A stretch of DNA of 64,000 nucleotides from the human T2T-CHM13v2.0 reference genome, Homo sapiens: assembly GCF_009914755.1 (NCBI RefSeq), contig NC_060930.1; one strand, 5' to 3'. The notes under the pieces were generated by a model. The model had not been told where the DNA came from, ran no database searches, and saw nothing but the letters and a program-made list of their open reading frames with translations. Both the position numbers and the translations under genes were made by a program. Positions within the stretch are counted from its first letter, which is position 1. Each line of letters starts with the position of its first letter. Shown here one piece after another: positions 12,803-23,625 of the stretch.

Positions 12803-13414
12803 TGAAGTGGCTATGTTGTCTGGGTTATATACCCTAGGGTTTCCCATCTCATGCCGGGAAAACTTAGGACACAGACACACATGAGTTTAGGAGCAGAGGT
12901 TTAATAGGCAGAAGAGAAGAGAAAGAAAAACAGCTCTCTTTCTATAGATAGAGGGGTCTTCTGAGCAGAAAAGACTGGCTGATGGCAGATGCACTGGATT
13001 TTACAGTCCAGCTCGAGGAGGCAGTGTCTGATTTATGTAGGGCTTACAGATTGGTTTGATCAGGTATGAAGTTTACATAATGTACAGGCAGGATTGGTTG
13101 CCCCACTGTAATCTTATCATGCAAATGAATTCTCCTTGGCTGGTGCCATCTTGTCTGCCCCTTACTATACACATGGCTGGTAGAGAAGGGATGATTGAGC
13201 CATCATCTTGAACATGTCTAGTCCCTCCTAGTTCCTGCCAGCATTCACCTATGCAAGCTCCTAGCTTGCTTGCCTATGTCTGCAGCTCAACCTTACCGGT
13301 TGCTCTTTGTTAAAAAATGATTTGGGACTGTTTTTCATTAAAAAGAAAAGCCTTACCAAGGACTCCCATACACTTACTATCTGCCTACATGATTTCTTCT
13401 TAACTCCTATATCA
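12803..13414 (-). repeat. 5' LTR (LTR9-like)
   Basis: 612 bp, homologous to 3556-4166 and followed by the PBS on the minus strand. Confidence 0.95.
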
Positions 13415-13794
13415 CTACTAAATCATTCTCAGCAACATACAAATATCTTATAATTTATTTTATTTTAAAAACAAACAAAAATACCTTTTTGGACAACATA
13501 TTCCCCAGCTACTACTTCATTTCTCAGTTTGCCCTTATATCAAATTTCTAGAAAATTACCTATTTTTAAATTCCATTATCTGGTCTCTCTCTCTCTGTCT
13601 CTTTCTCTATCTCTCCTGACACATTTTAAAAAGGGTTTCACCTTTACCACTCTGCCTGAACTGCTCATCAAGTCACTCATGCCTCTTAATTGCCAAAATC
13701 CCTTACTAAATTCTCAGTAATCATCTTATATTTCAAAAGTAGTTGATACAGCTGACCTCCCTCTCCTTCTTGAAACACTTTGTTCACTTGGTTC

Positions 13795-14498
13795 TGAAAC
13801 CACCATTGCAAAATTATAACAAAGACAGTGAAAGAGATCTGACCTAACCAACTCTATCTTGCTTCTAACCTCCAACCTGTCCTTGTTTTTTCCTGGGCAG
13901 AGGCTGAACTAACTTTGGGATAAACTTAGTTTATAGTTTGAAACAAAAAATGATAACAGCCCTTTCCCAAAACAAATCCCCTTTTTGCCTGGGGGCAAGA
14001 CTGCTTTTGTAGAACTAACAAATGAGCCACAAAATTAACAATTATGTTTTAGAAGTCATGCAGCTGGAGGATACAAAATTCGGACCCCGCCCAAATTACT
14101 CCTGGGGATAAAATCACTGTTGTAAAACCTAACACTAGTGCTTGAGATGTTTTGTAGACCCTGTAATTGATGGCTCAACTGGTACCACCCAGACTGATAA
14201 ACACTCATCTGATCTTGTGGACCCCACCCAGGAACTGACTTAGTGCAAGAAGACAGCTTCAACTCCCTATGGTCTCATTTCTAAGCTGACCAATCAGCAC
14301 TCCAAGCTCACTGGCTTCCTCTCACTCACCAAGTTGTCTTTAAAAACTAATCCCCAATGAGACTGATTTGAGTAATAATAAAATTCTGGTCTCCTGGATA
14401 GCGGGCTCTGCGAGAATTACTTTCTCTATTGCGGTTTCTTTGTCTTGATAAATAGGCTCTATCTAGGCAGCAGGCAAGGTGAACCATGAGTGGTTACA
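13795..14498 (+). mobile_element. Solo LTR8-like ERV1 LTR
   Basis: TGAAACCACCATTGCAAAATTATAAC...GGTTACA, 704 bp, perfect 4-bp TSD GTTC (13791-13794 and 14499-14502). Confidence 0.9.
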
Positions 14499-14920
14499 GT
14501 TCCAGGATGCTTCACACTCTGGTTCCACTCTAGTCCTAAGGACTTCCCTCTATCTCAATATCCTTAGTTGGCTCTTCCACAGTTTTCCAGCATCTAAATA
14601 CTGGAGTATCCCTGAACTCACTCATTGAGTATCCTCTTTTCTGTCTATACCCACAATCTTGGTGATTTCATCTACTCTTCTTTCTATAAACACTATTTTT
14701 ACACTGAGGACTCCCAAATTCATGCTTGCAGTTCAGACCTCACCTGTGAATTCCAGACTCTTATATCTAATTCTTACTTGATATCTTCTCTTAAATGTCT
14801 AATAAGCATCTCAGTCTTAATATATTCAAAACTGAGTTCCTAATCCCTGACAAATATAGCCCTTCCCATTTCAGTTAATGACAACTGATTCGGTTGCTTA
14901 GCTCAGAAACTTTGAAGTGA

Positions 14921-15265
<345 letters not shown>

Positions 15266-15350
15266 TAAGCGTATCCCGTTGATGCCACCTTCAAAATATA
15301 TGCAAAATCTGACCTTTTTTTATAATTGCAAACTTTATTTATGACAAAAC

Positions 15351-15450
15351 TACTACTTGGGAGGCTGAGGTAGGAGGATCACTTGAGCATAGGAGTACAA
15401 GGCTGCACTCCAGCCAGGGTAACAGGACAAGACCCTGTCACTAACAAAAC
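15351..15450 (+). mobile_element. Alu right-arm fragment
   Basis: ctacttgggaggctgaggtaggaggatcacttgagc...gcactccagcc...agaccctgtc. Confidence 0.8.
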
Positions 15451-16649
15451 ATTTTTAAAAGAAATAATGAAAATACAACAGAGCTAATCTTGCAGTTGAT
15501 TGAAGACAGAAGTTTTAAAATCATGCTGAAATGATTATGCAAGTAAAAATATCAAAATTGAAGTGCTACCTCACATACACATTACTTGTTGCTGTGGAAC
15601 AAGTCACTCCAAAACTTAGGGTTCCAAACAATAATAAATATCTACTTCACATAATTTCTGTGGGTCAGGAATTCAAGAGTAGCTTATCTGGGCAGTTCTG
15701 ACTCTGAGTAGCAATGACGAGGGTGCCTCATGACTATTTTCCATCACTCTATTGCCACCACCCTGGTCCATGCAACTATTATCTCTCATCTAGATTTTTG
15801 CAATAGCTTCTTAACCATGTACCTTTGTCCACTCTACAGTTTATTCCAACAGGATAACCTGCTTTTTCTTCTATATATAGGTGAGATCATGTTGCTCTTT
15901 TGCTCAAAATACTCAAAAAAGAGAAATGGAAAAGAAAATGGCTTTTGAGGCTGGCATGATCTGGCCATTAATTACCTCCTTGCCTCATCTGCTACTTTTC
16001 TCTCCCTCCTATAGAGCACTGCAGCCACATTGTCCTCCTTGTTCTGGGAACATGCCAGCCCAGGCATGCCTCAGGGGATTTGCCCTTTCTGTGGCCTCTT
16101 TTTGGACAACTCTTCTGTCATCTATCTGCCTGGTTCACTCCCTCATCCCTTCAGACCTTTGCTTGAATGTCTCTTTCTTAGTGAGGAATTTCTTGATTAT
16201 AATATTTAAAAGTGGAAATAACAGTTGCACTGCTTAGTATTGAAATACGTTTTCTAGCTTTCATTTTCTCCATTATATTTCTCATTATCTGATGACTGAA
16301 TAGGTTACTTATCACTTTCCAGTAGAACATAACCTCTATGAAGGCAGAAAAAAAAAAAAGCTTTAATGTTTTGTTTGCTATTGTCTCCCCTTGGCCTTAC
16401 TTGGTGTCTTATGTACCATAAACACCCATTAAATAAATAATTGAGTTAGGCATTACTAATAGCCGCATTTTAGTAGCTGAATTTTAGAGGAGAGGAAACG
16501 GAATTAATTAGTTAGATAGTAAGTTAGGTCAGTAAGGAACCTTCCTAAGGTCTTACAACTAGTCTGTTACAGAGCTAGCTATGTCTTGATTCTAGAACCC
16601 ACATTTTTTACCATTTTGCAGACACTACTCCATCAAGGTGAGGAGCAGG

Positions 16650-16810
16650 CATGACATTTGGAATCAGGCAGAGCTGAGTTCAAATGACGATTTTCCTACT
16701 TATTTTCTGTATGATTTAAAACAAGTTTCTTAACCTCTACACTTTATTTTTCTTAGCTAAAAATAGAATAGCAATAAAACCTACTTCTTTGGGTTTCTGT
16801 GAAGACCAAG
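16650..16810 (+). mobile_element. MIR fragment
   Basis: ggaatcaggcagagctgagttcaaat...caagtttctaacctct...aatagcaataaaacctacttc, the MIR core. Confidence 0.65.
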
Positions 16811-18760
16811 TCAGCTAGAGCTTGTCTATCAATCAGGGATTACATTTTATGTCAGCACATTTGACATAAAATTCAAATACAGTGGTTTAAAGGAGTTTAT
16901 TTTTCTCCTATAACAAGCAAGATGAGCTTATATTTATCACAGACCTAATTAATTACTTTCACAAGAAAAACAGCCCAAACTGTGCATGTAACCAGAAAAG
17001 CACTCTTTGCTTCCACAACTTCTCAATTGAAGTGATAACTGCACACTCCAGAAGCTGTTTTCACCATCAGGCTTGGGATCTCATGCAAGCTCCCCAAAAG
17101 AGGCATTCAGTTCACATCCTGCCCTTTCTATAAATGATTTTATCTACTTCCATGGTATTACTGGCTGATGACCTTTAAACCAATGACACTGACCTTGTTT
17201 CAAGCACTAGTCTCCTATCAACAACTGCCTATGCAATCCTTCTCTCAGAATGTCCCCTGAGACTTAGAATTACCATGTCCCAATCCAATGAACTGATTAT
17301 TTGCCCCCTACTCTCACCTTCCCCACCAACGCATCCTGCTTTTCTCTGTTAATAGCATCATCCATCCTCAGTTTATTCCAATAAGCTTGTACAAATATTT
17401 CTTAGGTGTTTATGTCCCAAGAACTGTTCTATGTACTTCATACAAAACCCTCAAGGCCCTTGGTCTAGAGGGATAAACAGAGAACAATTTATTTCAATAA
17501 CATGACATGGATTCCCTGGCAAGATGGCCGAATAGGAACAGCTCCAGTCTGCAGCTCCCAGCGAGACCAATGCAGAAGGTGGGTGATTTCTGCATTTCCA
17601 ACTGAGGTAACTGGTTCTTCTCACTGGGACTGGTTAGACAGTGGGTACAGACCACAGAGGGTGAGCAGAAGCAGGGTGGTGTGTCTCCTCACCCGGGAAG
17701 CACAAGGGGTCAGGGAACTCCTTCTCATAGCCAAGGGAAGCAGTGAGGGACTGTGCTGAAAGAGACAGTGCTATCTGGCCCAGATACTATGCTTTTCCCA
17801 CTGTCTTCACAACCCACAGGCCAGGATATTCCCTTGGGTGCCTACATCACAATGGCCTTGGGTTTCAAGCAAAAACCTGGGCAGCTGTTTGGGCAGACAC
17901 CGAGCTAGCTGCAGGAGTTTTTCTCATACCCCAGTGGCACCTGGAATGCCAGCAAGAGAGAACTATTCACTCCCCTGGAAAGGGGGCTGAAGCTAAGGAG
18001 ACAAGTGGTCTTGTTCCATGGAGCCCACCCCTATGGAGCCCAGCAAGCTAACATCCACTGGCTTGAAATTCTCGCTGCCAGCGCAGCAGTCTGAAGTTAA
18101 CCTGAAATGCTCAAGCTTGGTCGGGGGTTGTGGGGGTGTCTGCCATTATTGAGGCTTGAGTAGGCAGTTTTCCCCTCACAGTGTAAACAAAGCCACTTGG
18201 AAGTTTTGACTGAGCAGAGCCCACCACCACACCACAAAGTCATGGTAGCCGGACTGGCTCTCTAGATTCCTCCTTTCCGCGCAGGACATCTCTGAAAGAA
18301 AGGCAGCAGCCCCAGTCAGCAGCTTATAGACAAAACTTTCATCTCCCTGGGGATGAAAAAAGAGCACCTGGGGGAAGGGGCAGCTGTGGGTGCAGCTTCA
18401 GCAGACTTAAACGTTCCTGCCTGCCATCTCTGAAGAGAGCAGCAGATCTCCCAGCACAGTACTCGAGCTCAGCTAAGGGACAGACTGCCTCCTCAAGTTG
18501 GTCCCTGATCCCCGTACATCCTGACAGGAAAACACCTCCCAACAGGGGTCAACAATCACCTTATACAGGAAAGCTCTGGCTGGCATCTGGCAGGTGCCCC
18601 TCTGGGACAAAGCTTCCAGAGGAAGGAGCAAGCAGCAGTCTTTGCTGTTCTGCAGCCTTTGCTACAGCAGTAGCATCGACATCAACAAAAAGGAGACCAT
18701 GCAAAAACTCCATCGAAAGGTCACCAACAGCAAAGACCAAAGGTAGATAAATCCATGAAG

Positions 18761-19784
18761 ATGAGGAAAAACCAGCACAAAAAGGCTGAAAATTCCAGAA
18801 ACCATAACACCTCTTCTCCTCCAAAGGATTATAAATCCTTACTGGCAAGGGAAGAAAACTGGATGGAGAATGAGTTTGATGAATTAACAGAAGTAGGCTT
18901 CAGAAAGTGGGTAATAACAGACTCCTCCGAGCAAAAGAGCATGCTCTAATCCAATGCAAGGAAGCTAAGAAACTTGATTAAAGGTTAGAGGAATTGCTAA
19001 CTAGATTAACCAGTTTAGAGAAGAATATAAATGACCTGATGGAGCTGAAAAACTCAGCACAAGAACTTCATGAAGCATACACAAGTATCAATAGCCAAAT
19101 CAATCAAGCAGAAGAAGAGCTATCAGAGACGGAAGATCAACTTAATGAAATAAAGTGTGAAGACAAGATTAGAGAAAAAAGAATGAAAGGAAACAAACAA
19201 AGCCTCCAAGAAATATGAGACTATGTAAAAAGACCAAACCTATGTTTGATTGATGTACCTCAAATTGATGGGGAGAATGGAACCAAGTTGGAAAACACAC
19301 TTCAGGATATTATCCAGGAGAGCTTCCCTAACCTAGCAAGACAGGCCAACATTCAAATTCAGGAAATACAGAGAACACCACAAAGATACTCCTCGAGAAG
19401 AGCAACTCTAAGACACATAATCGTCAGATTCACCAAGGTTGAAATGAAGGAAAAAATGTTAAAGTCAACCAGAGAGAAGGGTCAGGTTACCCCCAAAGGG
19501 AAGCCCACCAGACTAACAGTGGATCTCTCTGCAGAAACCCTACAAGCCAGAAGAGAGTGGGGATCAATATTCAACATTCTTAAAGCAAAGAGTTTTCAAC
19601 CCAGAATTCCATATCCAGCCAAACTAAACTTCATAAATGAAGGAGAAATAAAATCCTTTACAGACAAACAAATGCTGAGGATTTGGTCACCACCAGGCCT
19701 GCCTTAGAAGAGCTCTTGAAAAAAGCACTAAATATGAAAAGGAAAAACTGATTCCAGCCACTATATAAACAAACCAAAATATAA
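18761..19784 (+). pseudogene. L1 ORF1p, disrupted
   Basis: MRKNQHKKAENS..WMENEFDELTEVGFRK, coiled coil, ENTLQDIIQESFPNLARQANIQIQEIQRTP, LQARREWG. In-frame stops and frameshifts. Confidence 0.93.
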
Positions 19785-19847
19785 AGACCATCGACACTAT
19801 GAAGAAACTGCATCAACTAATGGGCAAAATAACCAGCTAGCATCATA

Positions 19848-22800
19848 ATGACAGGATCAAATTCATACATAACAATATTTTCATTAAATGTAAAAGGGCT
19901 AAATGCCCCAATTAAAAGGCACAGACTGGCAAATTGGATGAACAGTCAAGACCCATTGGTGTGCTGTATTCAGGAGACCCATCTCACACACAAAGACACA
20001 TGTAGGCTCAAAATGAAGAGATGGAGGAAGATTTACCAAGCAAATAGAAAGAAAAAAAAAAAACAGGGGTTGCAACCCTAGTCCCTGATAAAACAAATTT
20101 TAAACCAACAAAGATCAAAAAAGGCAAAGAAGGACATTACCTAATGGTAAAGGGATCAATGCAGCAAGAAGAGCTAACTAACCTAAATATATATGCACCC
20201 AATACACGAGCATCCAGATTCATAAAGCAAGTTCTTAGAGACTACAAAGAGTCTTGGATTCGCACACAATAACAGTGGGAGACTTTAACACCTCACTGTC
20301 AATATTAGACAGATCAATGAGACAGAAAATTAACAAAGATATTCAGGACTTGAAATCAGCTCTGAACCAAGTGGACCTAATAGACATCTACAGAACTCTC
20401 CATCCAAAATCAACAGAATATACATTCTTCTCAGACCACATAGTACTTATTCTAAAATCAACCACATAATTGGAAGTAAAACACTTCTTAGCAAATGCAA
20501 AAGAACAAAAATCATAACAAACAGTCCCTCAGACCACAGTGCAATCAAATTAGAAGTCAGGATTAAGAAACTCACTCAAAACCCCACAACCACATGGAAA
20601 CTGAACAACCTGTTCCTGAATGACTACTGGGTAAATAACAAAATTAAGGAAGAAATAAATAAGTTCTTTGAAAACAAAGAGAACAAAGACACAACGTACC
20701 AGAATCTCTTGGACACAGTTAAAGCAGTGTTTAGAGGAAAATTTACAGTACCAATTTATGCCCATAGGAGAAAGTGGGAAAGATCTAAAATCGATATCCT
20801 AACATCACAATTAAAAGAACTAAAGAAGAAAGAACAAACAAATTCAAAAGCTAGCAGAAGACAAGAAATAACGAAGATCAGAGCAGAACTGAAGGAGATA
20901 GAGACATGAAAAACCCTTTGAAACATCAATGAATCCAAGAGCTGATTTTTGCAAAGATTAACAAAATAGATAGACTGCTAGCCAGACTAATAAAGGAGAA
21001 AAGAGAGAAGAATCAAATAGACACAATAAAAAATGACAAAGGGGAGATTACCACCAATCCCACAGAAATACAAACTACCATCAGAGAATACTATCAACAT
21101 CTCTATGCAAATAAACCAGAAAGTCTTGAAGAAATGCATAAATTTTTGGAAATATACACCCTCCCAAGACTAAACCAGGAAAAAGTCAACACCCTGAATA
21201 GACCAATAACAATTTCTGAAATTGATACAGCAGTTAATAACCTACCAACAAAAAAAGCCCAGGACCAGCTGGATTCACAGCCAAATTTTGCCAGAGGTAC
21301 AAAGAGGAGTTGGTACCATTCTTTCTGAAACTATTCCAAACAATAGAAAAAGAAGAACTCCTCTCTGCCTCTTTTTATGAGGCCAGCATCACCTTGATAC
21401 CAAAACCTGGCAGAGACACATATAAAAATTAATTCAGGCCAATATCCCTGATGAATATTGATGCGAAAATCCTCAATAAAATACTGGCAAACCAAATCCA
21501 GCAGCATATTGAAAAGCTTATCCACTGTGATCAAGTTGGCTTCATCACAGGGATGCAAGTCTGGTTCAACATATGCAAATCAATAAATATAATCCATCTT
21601 ATAAACAGAACCAATGACAAAAACCACATGATTATCTCAATAGATGCAGAAAAGACCATTGATAAAATTCAACACCCATTCATGCTAAAAACACTCAATA
21701 AACTAGGTATTGATGGAACATATCTCAAAATTGTAAGAGCCATTTATGACAAACCCACAGCCATTATCACACTGAATGGGCAAAAGCTGGAAGCATTCCC
21801 TTTGAAAACTGGCACAAGACAAGGATGCCCTCTCTCACTACTCCTACTCAACATAGTACTGGAAGTTCTGGCCAGGGCAATCAGGCAAGAGAAATAAAGC
21901 GTATTCAAATAGGGAGAGAGGAAGTCAAATTATCTCTGTTTGCAGATGACATGATTGTATATTTAGAAAACCCCATCATCTCAGCCCAAAAACTCCTTAA
22001 GCTGATAAGCAACTTCAGCAAAGTCTCAGGACAAAAAATCAATGTGCAAAAATCACAAGCATTCCTATACACAAATAATAGAGAGCCAAATCATGAGCAA
22101 ACTCCCATTCACAATTACTACTCAGGGAATAAAATACCTAGGTATACAACTTACAAGGGATGTGAAGAACCTCTTCAAGGAGAACTACAAACCACTGCTG
22201 GAGGAAATAATAGAGGACAGTAACAAATGGAAAAACATTCTATGCTCATGGATAGGAAGAATCAATATTGTGAAAATGGTCATATTGGCCCAAGTAATTT
22301 ACAGATTCAACGCTATTCCCATCAAGCTACCATTGACTTTCTTCACAGAATTAGAAAAAACTACTTTAAATTTCACATGGAATCAAAAAAGTCAACACCC
22401 TGAGCAACATCCTAAGCAAAAAGAACAAACCTGGAGGCATCATGCTACCTGACTTCAAACTATACTACAAGCCTACAATAACCAAAACAGCATGGTACTG
22501 GTACCAAAACAGATATATAGACCAATGGAACAGAACAGAGGCCTCAGAAATAACACCACACATCCACAAGTATCTGATCTTTGACAAACCTCACAAGAAC
22601 AAGCAGTGTGGAAAGGATTCCCTATTCAATAAATGGTGCTAGGAAAACTGACTAGCCATATGCAGAACACTGAAACTGGATCCCTTCCTTACAACTTATA
22701 CAAAAATTAACTTAAGATGGATTAAATATTTAAATGTAAGACCTAAAAATCATAAAAACCCTAGAAGAAAATCTAGGCAATACCATTCAGGACATAGGCA

Positions 22801-23625
22801 TGGGCAAAGACATCATGGCTAATACACCAAAAGCAATTGCAACAAAAAGTGAAATTGACAAATGAGATCTAATTAAACTAAAGACCTTCTGCACAGCAAA
22901 AGAAACTATCATCAGAGTGAACGGACAACCTACAGAATGGGAGAAAATTTTTGCAATCTATTCATCTAGAAAAGGGCTAATATCCAGATTCTAAAAGGAA
23001 CTTAAAAAAATTTACAAGAAAAAAACAACCCCATCAAAAAGTGGGTGAAGGATATGAACAGACACTTCTCAAAAGAAGACATTTAAGCGGCCAACAAACA
23101 TGAAAAAAAGCTCATCATCACTGCTCATTAGAGAAAAGCAAATTAAAACTACAATGAGATACCATCTCACCCCAATTAGAATGGTGATCATTAAAAAGTC
23201 AGGAAACAACAGATGCTGGACAGGATGTGGAGAAATAGGAATGCTTTTACACTGTTGGTGGGAATGTAAATTAGTTTAACTATTGTGGAAGACAGTGTGG
23301 CTATTCCTCAAGGATCTAGAACTAGAAATACCATTTGACCTAGCAATCCCATTACTGGGTATATGCTCAAAGATTGTAAATCATTCTTCTATAAAGGCAC
23401 ATATACACATGTGTTTGTTGCAGCACTATTCACAATAGCAAAGACTTGGAACCAAGCCAAATGCCCATCAATGGCAGATTGGATAAAGAAAATGTGGCAC
23501 ATATACACCATGGAATACTATGCAGCCATAAAAAGAATGAGCCCATGTCCTTTGCAGGGACATGGATGAAGCTGGAAATCATCATTCTCAGCAAACTAAC
23601 ACAGAAACAGAAAACCAAACACAAC
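19848..23625 (+). pseudogene. L1 ORF2p (EN/RT), disrupted
   Basis: [56 protein letters not shown]. Many stops and frameshifts; normal C-terminus deleted. Confidence 0.95.

Larger units (their letters stand above)
3556..13414 (-). mobile_element. Full-length decayed class I ERV provirus (LTR9/HUERS-P3-like)
   Basis: Two ~611-bp TG...CA LTRs, 4-bp TSD CTAT (3552-3555)/CTAC (13415-13418), Pro-like PBS, PPT, and gag-pro-pol-env remnants in retroviral order on the minus strand. Confidence 0.95.
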
